From assembly GCA_051294375.1 (NCBI GenBank), contig CM119264.1:18979590-19043589 (forward strand): a stretch of DNA of 64,000 nt. The letters are read 5' to 3'. The stretch comes from Paraspadella gotoi. Its lineage: Eukaryota > Animalia > Chaetognatha. Under the pieces are notes generated by a model, which worked only from the letters and a program-made list of their open reading frames with translations, was not told where the DNA came from and made no database searches. The position numbers and the translations under genes were made by a program. How positions within the stretch are numbered: position 1 is the stretch's first letter; each line of letters begins with the position of its first letter. Below, piece by piece: positions 28,554 to 41,931 of the stretch.

Positions 28554-29210
28554 TCTTTCTTTCCATTTATATTTTTTTTTACTTTTATATCTTTTTTTCC
28601 TCATTTTTCCATATTTCTCCTTTTTTATCCTCCCTCCGTGCACTTTGCCCTCGATGGAACGAAACTGAAAAAATAAAAAAAATATTCTCGGCACAAAAAA
28701 AAAAAAGGGGAGAGAGAATTATGAAAACGAGGGAAAACGTTTGATTTTTTTTTTTCGTCTCAAATTGTTTTTTTATTTTTGAGCTTCTGAAAAAAAATTT
28801 AAAATTTGTGTGTGTGTGTTATCACACACAAGGATCGTCGTTGATGGGATTTGCTCGGAGAGAGACGCGGAGCCGAGACGAGCCACGAGACGAGATCGCA
28901 ATATTCCTTTTTTGTCTCTGGGTAATATTTCAAAATTGTCCAAAAAAAGAAACTCTTTTTCCAATACTAGTACATAACAGAAAGACGATATTGAAAACAG
29001 GAGCGGGTGGTTTGGGCAAGATATGCTCACGGCTTTTTTAATAGCCACCGAAAATAAGATATCTGTCTCGGTGTAAACTAATAACTTGCATTCTGGAAGT
29101 TTGTTGTTGATGTATGCAATATAAAAAACCGATTCCCATCCTTTTAACTAATCGAGAAAAAAAAAAGAGAAAGGAGAAACTATACGGTAAAAAAAAGACG
29201 AAGACGACAC

Positions 29211-29285
<75 letters not shown>

Positions 29286-31107
29286 AGAGAGAAGAGAGAG
29301 AACACTAAAAACAATCACGACAAACAACGCGAGCAAATTCTGGGCCTCGTTTTTTTCTCTCACTTTTTTTCTCCCGGTTTTAATACTCGGCCACCACTTT
29401 TGGTCTGACAGATGTCACCGTCGTCCTCATCGACTTGGTTCTCGCAGGTGTAGCAGGTGTCGTCGTTTTCATCGCCACGCCCTCCATTCGAGGAAAACTG
29501 ACACAATCCACGAAAAAGCGTAAAACGCCCAGAAAAAAATGTGAAAAAAAAAAATTAATCGAAACTAAACGCGAAACAATCATAAAAGAAGAAAACAAAA
29601 TGGGAACAAACACAGATGGGACAGGATATTATTCGTCGCCAGCGTCTATACCAAATGATCGTCCCCATTTTTTCATTTATGACTCGTTATACCTTTGTTG
29701 TTTTGATATAAAAATTAACATATATCGTTAAGATCAAAACACGAGAATACGTACAACCAAGACGGCTTCGGTTAAATGACACGAACCTGGCAACGCGACA
29801 CAACACAACCTTTCATCCACGAATCCAAGGACGTCTGCCGCCTCCGTTCCACCACAAGCGTCGCGGGGAAAAAGGAAAGAGGATTCTCGACTCTCTTTTA
29901 TGTCAGTTGGCTTTAAGACGCCCTAGAGGAATTTAGGACGATCCGGAATGGGGAGGGGGGGGCTCCTTCGTAACAGTCAGCGAGTGAGAATGTGGGAGAA
30001 ACAATGGAGGAAGGGAGGGGGGGAAAGGGGGGCGCGATAGAGTAGGGGTTGGATAGGAAGAGAAAAGAGAAGGAAGAGTGACTAAAAAACGGAAGGGAGA
30101 GAATCAAAATAAAAGAAAGAGACGAATTAAGAAAGAAAAAAAAGGGGAAAGAAACAGTGTGTGGAAAGTGGCGGGAGACCCAAAATAAGAGAAAAGAAAA
30201 AGCTCGAAGCGCCTTCATCAAAATATTGACTTTTATCCCATGAGAAACGAAAACGGAAGAGGGAAACAAAAGTATAAAAAGACATAAGAAGAGGAAAACA
30301 ATTATTAAAGGCCAGAGCCAAAATTTCCGAAGAATAATACTAGTAATAATACTGTTGTCGATCGTTAAGACAATAATCACTACAATATTCTCGGCAGATT
30401 TTTATTAAAAAGAAGGGATTTAAGTATTTCTTTATCTTTAAAACGCTCCTAGTAAGCAATATTCGCCGTATCGTCTTTTAAGACGAAGTATGAAAAATTT
30501 TCTAACATGATTTTTTTCGGGTCGAGAGTATAATGCGGGAAATTGGAAAAAGGGAAAATATTGGACGAGAGAAAAAAAGATGAAAAGAGGAGAAATGGCG
30601 AAGGTGAAATGTGAGTGAACAAAAAAAAATCGTTAAATGTCGAAGTTCAACCTAGAAGATATATGATAGATATTAGGGAAGATACAGGTAAACATAGATG
30701 GTTTACGAAAGAAAAAAAAATAACTCAAATAAACAAACGGACCGCGCCGCCTGACATTACCGATGTTTTGCATAAATACGGTATAACGAGCAATGAAAGA
30801 AAAGGAATAAAAATGATCGGTAAAAGAAAAAAGGGGAAGAATGAAAGGAGGAAAAAGAGGAAGGAAAAAACGCGTTTAGCCTTCGTTGGTTTTTTTGATC
30901 TTGAAGATATTGGATACGAAATGGCAGCTAAAGCAATAAACTCACTCCGCCGCCAACGATAACAGCTGCAGCAAAGCAAAAGGCTTTTGTCGGACTTTCG
31001 GTCCAACCGCCCACATAACTGAACAGATACGACAACAAAAACGAATCAGTTCAACCTGAACGTTAAAAAATATACGACATAAATGACATTCACCAGCTAA
31101 AAAAAAA

Positions 31108-31406
31108 CAAGGAACGGTTATTCCAGGGTGTTGCGCCGCATTATTTTTTTTTACTAACCTGGGTCTCATTTTTTTCATAATGGATATTTCAATTTTATAA
31201 AACTTTGTATTCACGTGATATTAAAACCATGTGATTACGTGAAATTCTTATCCCATGTATTTCCATGTATATACGACAAACGTCTTTTATTCCTTATAGA
31301 TTATATAGTAGGACAGACAGACGGACAGACATACCGACCGACCGACAGACCGACAAACTGACCGAAAAGTTATAGAGTTGCTCCGCTGGTAATCGCGGCG
31401 CAACTA
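31108..31406 (-). mobile_element. Non-autonomous Helentron (HINE/DINE-1-like) element
   Basis: Subterminal inverted repeats GTTGCGCCGC (31130-31139) and GCGGCGCAAC (31395-31404), an extra partial IR (GTTGCTCCGC at about 31377), an internal (GACA/GACC)n microsatellite at 31311-31360, a short terminal hairpin GGAAC...TTCC, and both ends in A/T runs. Confidence 0.65.
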
Positions 31407-32378
31407 AAAAATGTTAAAATTTAGATAAAGTTGATAAATGTTAAGGTCAAACTGTGAACTCTGAAGAAGCAATGTTGGAGACGGTGCGAGAAGAGTAGGT
31501 TTCGGCTCGTGCTCTAAAATGAAAAATAAATAAATAAACAAATTACATTTTCGAAAGAAGCTGATGGAGTCTCAAAAACTTTTTGTGACAGAACTGTCCT
31601 GTAAAAAAATAAACAAAAAAAATTCCCGCCACGACCAACCAGTCTCAAATCCCATTGAGGTATTTCTATTTAATTTGATGCATTGCTTTTCGACGCCCCC
31701 AACCAAATTACGATACATTCCACTTTGAATTGTCGCAACGCGTTGAGATTAAACGGAGAGAAAACCCGTAAAATTCGTCCATGGCGAAAATAAGATGAAG
31801 GTACCACATTACGGAAATAACAAACGTTGAGACGGACTACTCTTGCGGCAAAAGTACTCGCTTACGACTGCCATAGTCACACATAGTCACACATAGTCAC
31901 ACCTTCCACGTTGTTTACACCCGTCGTTCATCCCTTTCTCACTTATCTTTCCTCTTTCCCTTTCTAAACTTTCTCTCTTTGCCCCACATACTATTTCCAC
32001 GTTATTAAGGCTCCAGCGTTCATCTTGTTTCACCTCTGACGTTCTACCTCTCCTATCTTTTTTTAATATATCTTTTTTCCCTTCCTCCCTCTCTCCTCCC
32101 CCCTCTTCTCTCTCCCTCTCTCATAACGATATCGAGAGAAGCGAGAGAGGCGAAGAGCGTCGGTGCGGAAAAATCGATGCGGTTTTGTCGATGAAAAATC
32201 ATTGAATGAAGAGAATGGAAAGAGGATGAAGAGAACGAAGAGGCTTAAGCGGATGATATGGCGCGAAAATAATACGGCGACCGGCGCCGACGCGATACGT
32301 GGCTAAGACACGGGCCGGAAAAACCGGGGAAAGTAGAGGGGAAAGTAGAGGGGAGACGACGAGCTCCGATACAAACAC

Positions 32379-32456
<78 letters not shown>

Positions 32457-32954
32457 TGAAAGAATGAAAGAGAAACAATGCTTGCAAAGTATATTTGACT
32501 ATACGTTCACGTTTCGGCAATTTGATAATGCATATTGTTTATTGTTTACTGTTAGTAATATGAAAAGCCAAAAATTCATGAAAGATGATATTTTCTTGTT
32601 AAAAATCATTTTTAAATATTTATATACGCTTTCGATAAGCCTAAAATTTGCTAGACGAAAAACAATATTCTCTCGAGACCCGCAAGTTTCATCTTTTCCC
32701 TTTCATTCAATCTTGGCGCGAATTTCCTCCCGTCTCGTCCCAACATCCATCTCATATTCATTCTTCATAAGCTTTCCGTCCCACATTCGAATGATCCCCC
32801 CCAACTACTCAAAGCTTTTTCCCCTCCTACCTTTTCTTTTTTCAGGCTCAAATATTATTAATATATTTCCTTCTCCCCGCCCTTCTGCCCGTCCAACCCT
32901 CCCCTCTCCCCCCCACCCGCCCCCCCCCGCCCATCTCATCCAATCCGATGTCAG

Positions 32955-33131
32955 GACATTTTTTGGGAATTCGAGGACGGAGAGACGAAGATCGTCGCCT
33001 ATCAGACCGAAGGACAATGGATCCGCAAATTGATGGGAGGCGCTGGAAATCACCTTCAGTCTCAGGAAGGAGCTCGGTCTCCGCCTTGAAACCCCTCACG
33101 CGCTTGAGCCTCAATGTCCTAGGATTCGAGG
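32955..33131 (+). CDS. IgSF receptor exon, Ig3 core (frameshifted as assembled)
   Basis: gtcAG|gac att ttt tgg (DIFWEFEDGETKIVAYQTEGQWIRKLM) continues PVPLQ in phase 0. The 3' end LKPLTRLSLNVLGFE g|GTAAGA matches the phase-1 next exon. The two ends are in different frames. Removing one G at 33035-33037 and one at 33076-33077 gives ...KLMEALEITFSLRKELVSALKPLTRLSLNVLGFEG. Confidence 0.78.
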
Positions 33132-33822
33132 GTAAGACGTTGTCGTTGTTGTTAATTTCGGCGTTGTCGTTGTTGTTTTTACTTCGTTGGGGTTTAGAAT
33201 GTTTTTTTTTTTTGGTTTTTTTACCGGATATTCAGAAATTTAAGTTATATACCGAGTGGAGAGTAAATTGGATCGAGCTAAATTTTTGTTGTTATCCTCA
33301 TTCAATGAAAATCGTTCACTGTTATTGAATCCGCGATAACGATGAAGTATATTAATCGAGTTGGAATCGATCCCGGAATTTTCCCACCTCTGCGAAAAAG
33401 CTCAGTTCTAAGTTTCGCGGTTGTCGCGTGGTTAGAGCTTTTAAAGGGGAGAAGCGGGAGGGGGCGAATGGGAAGGGGTCGCGCTCGTCGGCGTCAGCGG
33501 TCGAGTCGAGAGACGAGAGTGTATTACGTATGCGCGTCGGGGGAAAACGACGGATTTTCGCGAGAGGGAAGGACGAATGCCAATTGGGAAAGTTGGGAGG
33601 TTTCGGACTGGTAAGGATGAGAAAAAGGGGGCGCGGGGGATAAAAGGCAGAAAAAAAGAAAAACGAAACAGATGAAATGAATTATAAGGAAGTTGAAAGA
33701 ACAAAAAGTAAAAAAAAAAACCTAAGTAAGACGAATGAACGGGAACTTGATTCAGGGGTGAGATAAAAAAAGGAATAGTCGGAAATCCGGGCAGGTGGAA
33801 TGACTGAGAGAAGAGAGAAGAG

Positions 33823-33887
<65 letters not shown>

Positions 33888-35067
33888 AGAGGAGAGAGAG
33901 AGAGGAGAAGAGAGAGAGAGAGAGAGAGAGGAAGAGGAGAACTAACGAGAGCGAGAGGTTCGTTATTCGTCTAGACGGACCATCCATTCTTCCGTCACTT
34001 TTCTTTGTAATGAAAATTTGTTGTCGTCTCCGTTTTATTTGCGGGGACGTCCCCGCCAGAGCTTTTCGAGGCGAGAACGACTTTTCCACGACGAAGAATA
34101 GAGACGTCTCGACTCCCGACGATCCTAGCCGTCGCTAGGAGACGGGGACGCTTACTGGGCGCCCGTAAATCTCGCCAGAGGCAGCTCCAGTTGTTGAACG
34201 AGCCAACAGTTTCCTTGGGAATAATAACCGGGTCGTATTGTTTTTTAAAACGAGGGGTTAAGGGAGGGGAAATGGGGCAATAACCGTAAAGAAATGGAAC
34301 TCGAGGCCGGAGAAAAAAGTGGAAAGGGGCGGGAAGAGAATGAAGGGGTTTTGGTATAGGTTCGAAAGTAAAGTGGTCATTGGTCAATATTTTTCTCGGG
34401 TTTGAAAGAAAATAAAGGGTTGAGATTAAAAATACGATTGATAATTTGAGCAACAGGGTGAAAAATGATCCAGAGAGAAATTATATCGTGACACTAAGTC
34501 TTAAAAAAAGTGGGCTGAAAAGTGTTGGGAAAAGGAAAAAAAATAAGTGAATTTTATGGTCGAATTTGAGCATTAGAGTTAACCTCTCGGGTGAAAATTA
34601 GAATGATTATTGATTATGGACATAAAGTGACCAAATAATAATGACTCATTTCGGTAAGAAGAAAAGAATAATTCGGAGCTTATGAGGGAACGGCCATTGA
34701 CCAAGACATTCAAGAGGAATGACACTGGAACTGCCGAAGAAATTGTGCAGAAGTTATGAGAAAATGTCACAGATAACGATGGGGGGCGTGGAAAGCGGAA
34801 TGCTCGCAGAGAGAACAGAGCAGAGGCAATTCCAGAAAAAATCTCTCAAAATAATCTTAAGTTCTTAACAGTTTCACATGAAAGTATTGATAATTTTATA
34901 AAACTTTATCTTAAACTCCATGAAAAGGAAATCAAATAAAAGAGCTAAGTGATTCAAAGCCGACGATCAAGCGAGAAGTTTCGTATTTCGAAATTTCCTT
35001 TTCTAACGATAAGTCACAAAAAAAAAGGGAAAATAAATGGATTTAGTTGGTAGCAATAGAGAAATGG

Positions 35068-35142
<75 letters not shown>

Positions 35143-35797
35143 GTGATGCAGTGGCTTCCCGGGTTCGAACGAGGGATTGAGCATCTTTCGATGGAGATTA
35201 ATGTTTCCTTGTTACTCCCTTTCTCCACTCGCATCTCGCCATCTCCACATGTGGGACCAAAGAGAGATGTAACACTTTTTTCCCCTCTCCCGCATTCGGC
35301 TAAATTTCGATAGCGCGCGAGCGTCAAGTTTTTTGGGGCAAGCGGTTAAGAGCGTGATTTGCGTCCGGAGTTTATGCGACGGGTGACCGGTGACTCGGGT
35401 AAAATGCCAGTTTTTACTTTATCTGTCTTTGCCTTTTTCTTTTAAATAAAGTTGTCTGGAGTCAAATTATGATGCCATTAAATTTACAAAAAATATTATT
35501 CGCTTAGAAAAAGACCAGAAATGAGATAACCTAAGACATCAGTACAATGCATTTCACGGAGATGGATAAATTATGAGCTCACGTCATCGTCGCTTGCGTG
35601 GCGGCCGCTCTCTTCATTTCCTCCCACGTTACACGGACCCGCGGTGTGCCACATTTCATTCGCACGTGCCCCCGTCGCGTGCGCCGCTACTTTTTTTTTT
35701 TGGTCTTCTATTCTGTGGCGTTGATTACATTTTTCCGACGTCCCACGGTTATTCGCAACGAGAATACGCCGCCACGCATTAAATAAATATATATATA

Positions 35798-35975
35798 CAC
35801 TGCGGCGCAAAAAAAAGAAGCCACTTTTTCACATTAAAAAACCGTATTGGATGGCTGAATTCTACTAAGATATAGAAATATAAAACAAAGATGAAGCAAT
35901 TGGTCCAAGTCCCAATAAAATCGAGCAGAGCGTTCGAAAGTTATAGGACGTCAAAATCGATTGGTACAAAAAATC
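35798..35975 (+). mobile_element. Tc1-like DNA transposon/MITE terminal fragment, copy 2
   Basis: TA|CACTGCGGCGCAAAAAAAAGAAGCCACTT...tattggatggctgaatt...aagatatagaaa, shared with 807-997. Inserted in a (TA)n run. Confidence 0.6.
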
Positions 35976-35992
35976 GGGGAAAAAAATTATAT

Positions 35993-36122
35993 ATTGAAAG
36001 CTTGCAGGGACCTGCTATGTAATTATCTTGTAAGAGTGATGGAGGCCTTAAACCACCAGTGCCTGTCCAAAGTCAGGGGCAAGATAGCTTATTTATTAAA
36101 TGAATGGATAATTTTTATATTG
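35993..36122 (+). repeat. 130-bp dispersed direct repeat, copy 1
   Basis: attgaaagcttgcagggacctgctatg...gcctgtccaaagtcaggggcaagatagcttatttatt...atttttatattg. Near-identical to 37460-37589. Confidence 0.9.
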
Positions 36123-36319
36123 GTTGTACCAATTTCATATATATTTATATATATATCTCTCTCATTTTTCCCTTATAAGTCAATATCTTTTTTACTCTCT
36201 CTTTATCTCTCTCAATTTAAATCTTGATTTTTTGTTAATTTTTCGTTTTCCTTTTTGTTTTCGTCCTCACCCTGTCATTGCAAATCTTGACCCAACCTCG
36301 CTCAACCTTTCCCATTCAG

Positions 36320-36490
36320 GAATCCAGCGCCGCAACGTGACCGTCTCCCTCCACTATTCCCCGCAACTCCGCTGCCCCGAGACTCAGACGGTCATCGCGA
36401 TCGAGGGTCGCTTCAACGTCTCCTGCGACGTCCTCGTTAACCCGTTGGTCCCAGACCGGAACATCACCTGGGAGATGTACGAGGCAAAAG
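36320..36490 (+). CDS. IgSF receptor exon, end of Ig3 and start of Ig4
   Basis: ccattcAG|ga...aaa g|GTAAGT, 171 nt, phase 1 to 1. Encodes GIQRRNVTVSLHYSPQLRCPETQTVIAIEGRFNVSCDVLVNPLVPDRNITWEMYEAK, paralogous to the Ig3 start. Confidence 0.92.
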
Positions 36491-36680
36491 GTAAGTTGTC
36501 GGGAAAAGGGCTAGTCGTGGGGACAAGGAATATGTACGTAAATGTACGTACATAATTAGGGGTCAATATTATTTGGGGTTTAAGCTTTAAGATATAGTAA
36601 TCTTTAGCTTTAGTAAGCTTTAGCTTCGGTGTGTTTTTTTTTTTTGTATTCTCGTTTTATATTTTACGTCTGAACATCAG

Positions 36681-36756
36681 ATTACAAGAAATCCGAAAAA
36701 GGGTCCCCGTTGTACCTTGCGCCCGTCTCCTCGGGGCGTGTCCTAATGGCACCGCG
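36681..36756 (+). CDS. IgSF receptor exon, Ig4 middle
   Basis: aacatcAG|at...ccg cg|GTAAGT, 76 nt, phase 1 to 2. Encodes DYKKSEKGSPLYLAPVSSGRVLMAPR. Phases fit both neighbours. Confidence 0.85.
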
Positions 36757-36832
36757 GTAAGTCTACTCCTACGACATTTTTCAAAAATGTAAGAACTGTA
36801 ACAACAACAATGCTGAAACCCTCGATACTCAG

Positions 36833-36980
36833 ATACCCTCACGGCATTCGATCCGTTCTCCTCCTCGATCACTCCGTCATTCCGAGAGGAGTCAAGGAAA
36901 AAACTCTGCTGATTCGAGTCTCCACGAGGAAAAACGTCTACATGAAGAACATTACCGTCAGGATTGAAGCAGGGCTGCAG
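36833..36980 (+). CDS. IgSF receptor exon, end of Ig4
   Basis: tactcAG|a...cag|GTAAAG, 148 nt, phase 2 to 0. Encodes YPHGIRSVLLLDHSVIPRGVKEKTLLIRVSTRKNVYMKNITVRIEAGLQ. Confidence 0.87.
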
Positions 36981-37119
36981 GTAAAGAGGGGATTGAAGCA
37001 GGGCTGCAGATAAGGAGCGGATAGATGCCAGATAGTATAGTTTTTAGTTATGGGATAAAGTTCAGCCGCATCATCTTTTTGCGGGAGAGTAAGTTTATTG
37101 TCAATCCTCCACGCCACAG

Positions 37120-37289
37120 CTTCGACACCCTCCGCCAAGTGGCTCATCTACGCGATCCAAAGGCGTCGTCATCGAACGCGTCTATGGTTCAGGACTGGAG
37201 GACGTAGGGATTCTTGAGCTCCTCGTCACAATCTTTGTCATCCTCATTCTCCTCACGACGACCGTCGCCTTCACCGTCTTTCTTTACCG
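37120..37289 (+). CDS. IgSF receptor exon, stalk and transmembrane helix
   Basis: gccacAG|ctt...tac cg|GTAGGA, 170 nt, phase 0 to 2. Encodes LRHPPPSGSSTRSKGVVIERVYGSGLEDVGILELLVTIFVILILLTTTVAFTVFLYR, with a hydrophobic run of about 23 aa followed by basic residues. Confidence 0.9.
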
Positions 37290-37459
37290 GTAGGAAAAGT
37301 TATTGCCTTGAAATATTATATCATACCTTTTGTTTTACATAAATATTACTTTAACAAACAAGGGTGATGAATTAAATCACTTCACATCAGTACACCACTT
37401 CATTGATAGGGAAGCCAGGTACTCTGGGAGCGAATAAACAAGACTGTGAGAGAGTCTTG

Positions 37460-37589
37460 ATTGAAAGCTTGCAGGGACCTGCTATGTCATTATCTTATCA
37501 GGGTGATGGAGTCCTTAAACCACCAAAGCCTGTCCAAAGTCAGGGGCAAGATAGCTTATTTATTGAATGAATAGATAATTTTTATATTG
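37460..37589 (+). repeat. 130-bp dispersed direct repeat, copy 2
   Basis: Same length and orientation as 35993-36122, with only scattered substitutions. Confidence 0.9.
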
Positions 37590-39668
37590 CATTAGCCTTT
37601 GACGAATAACGTTTCCGGGGTAACTTCGAATGTACAATTGTTCTAATTATATGCAGTAATGGGTAGAAAGTAAATTCTTTCTCATAAGCAGTAATATAAA
37701 GTCAGGAAATGTGGCCGGTTAAAGAAAAAAAGGGAAAACGTAAGAAGGTTGCAGAGAAAAGAAGCGGGCGGGAAAAAACTGGGAAAATTAATCGCGAGTC
37801 GGAGACAGCCACAAAACTGCGCTGATTGGAAACAAACAGATGGGAAACTGAAGGTGGCAGCAACATGGTTGAAGGGGGGGGGGAAGAACAAAGGAAGGTG
37901 TCAGAAAGGTCTTTTCTTATATTTTAAGAGACAGCTGCGCTATTTTTATCAGTTTTACAATGCTCTATATTTTATAGTTTTATCGCGTGGTTGTAAAAAA
38001 AAATTATTGTTCAGTTCTTTTTTATTTCCTTTTTTTTCTTTATCTTTATATATATTATATTATATGTTTAGCTGGATTGTTTACCCATTGTTACCTTTTG
38101 ATGTTTTTAAATATTCTATTTAATAATTAACATTTTTTAAAGTTTATATCCTTTCACAATAACGATTTCTCGATAGAACAATAAAAAAATTAACAGTTGC
38201 TCAGTAACACTGAACTAAGAACAATGAAACACTAAAACCCTAAAACGACTCAATGGAATAAAGCAATTAAAATGTAAACGGGCAATTGAAACAGAGCGAG
38301 TTTATCGCTGTGGGACCAACGATTAAACTCTTCGTTTTCAAACGAATATTCATCCTGATTTAGATTCACGCACAAGAAAAGAATCAATATGCGCTTCCTT
38401 TTTTCCCCCCTTAATTTTATTTTTATCCTTTTATAACCTTCATTCAATTTATTTTTTTTTTCAAAGCTAGGTTTATCAGCGTTACCTCCCCCCCTCTCTT
38501 TCTCTCGTTTCGATTCATTCACTAACAAATGCAAATATAAAAGCGAAGCTCATCAAAACCTCATGATGTAGATCTTGCGACTGGGAATGGAAGGGGACAA
38601 AGAGGAAGGAAGGAGAGAGAGAGAGGCATTGAGAGAGAAGGGGGAAATCACGGAGGGAGCGTCGTGGAAAAAAAAGTTGCGCTAAAACAAAAAGGAGGAT
38701 AGAAGGAAATGGATAGAAACTGTATAATGGGCGGGTATGGATTGCGAAGGGCGTTTGCAACTCTGCAAAGAATTTCATTTATTAAAAAAGGGGAAAAATA
38801 TAATTTATCTTTTCCTTTATGGATCGCGTTTGTAAGAAATAAGATATTTTTTCAGCGGAAAAATAACCTTTTTTCTTCATGTTTCAATTTTCCTTTGTGC
38901 TTTTTTTTGTGAGAAGAGAGAGAGCGAGAGGAAGAGAGAGAGAGAGAGAAGAGAGAAGAGAGAAGAGCACAGAGGAAGAAGATTCGAGTTGCGATGAGAT
39001 TTTCGAAGATTTGAAAAGGTAAACAGAATCCTTTTGGCTTTTTTTTCCTGCCCATATTAAATCGCATTTCAACGTCCACGCCCTCGCAGTCACCCACATT
39101 GACGAAAGCAACGGAACACACCCACTTGGTTGTGGAAAGCTTTGGCAGCGTAATAGAAAAAAACAATTGATATTTTTTCCCCTTTAATTTTAAAGTTGAG
39201 ATCAGACTATCGCTCAAGGTTCAGAAATAATCGCTAAAGTTGTCATGGAAACTGTGCGGCTCATTTCACGTCTTGAAAAATTTGGAATAATTGGTGACGG
39301 AATCAACAACCTTAAATTATTTTAAAAAAGTAATGGACACAACAAACAAATTTTTTTTTCTCCTATCTATTGGTTTGTAAACTCTCGATAACTAATCGTA
39401 TTCATTTTGTATTGTGAACAGAATGGCAACTGAGAATTCAAAGTACCATTGCGATATCGAACAAATCGGTCGGAAATGAAAAAGTTGTAGGAAAAATACA
39501 ATCCGATAAGTGTTCACATTAATCCATGTCTCTTACGGTCCAACAACCTTTCTTTGCCTGTCCGATTTTCTCTTTTTCCGTCTACCGGTTAGTCTCTTTG
39601 TCAGTTTTACGGACCTTTGCTCTCTCTCTCTCTCTCTGTGTCACTGTGTTTTTCTTCTGTCTTTTTAA

Positions 39669-39784
<116 letters not shown>

Positions 39785-41875
39785 GCAGTCGACCGCGTGA
39801 ATTTTTTTTTCTTCGATTTTTTTTGTTTTACGTCGACATCTTTTGTTTTTGATTTTATGTTGAGCCGCCTGGTGATGAATGGCGGTTTTACGTAACGACG
39901 TCGGGCACCTCTAGCGGAGGGAATTTTAACAGCGTCAGCGTTTGAGGAACAACAGAGGCGCGCAAACAAAAAAAAAAGCTTTAAAGAAAGAAGGAACGAA
40001 TGAAGGAAAGCTTGAAGTTTAGAACAAAGTCAAAGAAACGAATAAACGGAAGAATGCATGTAAGAATGAACGATATTAATTTAAATAAAATACAGATTTA
40101 TAAATTGAGAAAAGAAATAAGTTAAAATTATTGAAATGAAATTACTTATTATTATTAGCCATATCAAGTATCATTTAATCCAGTTAATACGATCGAGCGA
40201 CCTCGAAAAAAGGTCAGTTACCATTGAGCAATAAGCATAGAGGTCAGATTGAGTGAACTATTTCTCGGATCACTTCCCCTCTATTTTAGTATTTTCTTAA
40301 AGTTTACTTTCTGGTTCATATCGTTCAATTTAAATATTCTTTTCGTCTTTATTTTTTAGTAAGGATTCGTTTGCTTCACTTTTGTAGCTTCTGACTATGC
40401 GTTTGCTTCTCCGCTTCTATTACTTCTTTTCTCGCTTCTCAACTTGGCTTTATTCTTAACGAGTTCTCGCACCCGCTCGCTCGGAATTGATTTCTTTCGT
40501 CATTTCTCCGCTCGACGTCATCCCTACGCGATTCTAAACAATACAACCGAAAGACTTAGATTAGGTGGCCGAGGCGAGGGATAGTGGGGTAAGCTGTGGA
40601 AGATTGTGGGGTTGAGTGGGCCAACTTGTGGGGGTCGTTGGCGCGGTTGTGGCGGCAGTGTGTGATCCTCCATAGACAGTGGATGTATACAGAGAAAAGA
40701 GAGGTCGAAGAGGTCTTTACAGGGGTCTCTGTAGGAGCTGCCAGCAGGAGCCGTTCCTTTGAAGCGCAAAATTGTGGGAGGAAAGAAAAAGCGAAAAAAA
40801 AAAAGGAAAAGGAGGAAAAGGGAAGATATAGGATGTGGAGGTTTGTACCAAATTAGATTGAATTAAATTTAAGCTTAACCATCCCTTTTTCCGTTTTTTA
40901 GGAAACTGAGTTTTTTAAGGAGGGAGATCGACTCGGCTGAACCCGTGAGAGGAAAAAAAGCGGAAGGAAGGAGAAAGAAAAAGGATAAAAAAAGAATGAA
41001 GAAAGTAAAGAGTGACAGGATAGAGAGAGAGAGGAAAAAAAGGTAAAATGGGAGTTTTGATGAATGGGAAAAAGTTTAGTTAAAAAGAGAGATAGATAGA
41101 TAGATAAGAAAATAGGCATAAAGTAAACTAAGTTGGCATCACCTATAGAAAAACGGAACGAAAGAGAGTGCACCAAATATAAAGTAGACTGTAGAGACGA
41201 GAGAGTGAGAGAGTGTTTAATCGAAAAGAAAAAGAGAGAGAGAGGGAGAAAGATAGGAGAAGGAATTGCAAGGGGATTAGACAGAAACGAGAGTGAGAGA
41301 AATGAGAGAGAAAGTCTGAAGATAAGGGAGAGAGAAAGAAAGAGGAGGAATGAGAGAAGGGGGCGGAAAGGGAGGCTCGGCGAGAGAACACGGCGTTGGG
41401 GCGTGGAAGGAAACGCGGCGAGGGCGTGGAGGGGGGCGGTCAGTCATTCATAAATCATTTCGGAGCTTTTCTCGCAAAGTTGCCGTTTAGCGAAAGCCAT
41501 TAACCACGGTGCGAAAATTCCTTGACTCGCGAGTGAAGAAAAAATAAGAAAGGAGAAAAATATATTCAAAACTTTATGTATCATGAGCTTGTTTAAAAAA
41601 TGCGCTCCCCGCGGGACATTAAATCTTTCGAATTAAATGAAAAGGCAATTAAATTAATTTCGCGATCATAAACTGTTCCCTGCGAATGAAGTTTGGAATG
41701 GGATTTGACCCGTTTAAGGGGCCACACACAAAAGGGGCCACACACAAAAGGAGGAGGATGGAACGGAGGCAGCGAATGAGCATCCGAAGTCACAATGCCA
41801 CCGAGGATAAATTGGATTTGCCTTGAATTGAGGACCAACAGATTGAGGGAGAGCGAGAAAGAGAAAAAGAGAGAA

Positions 41876-41931
<56 letters not shown>

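Noticed and set aside
29410-29500. TM-like peptide VTVVLIDLVLAGVAGVVVFIA after a cAG
   Set aside because: It would interrupt Ig3 between PVPLQ and DIFW, its phase does not fit, and there is no convincing donor.
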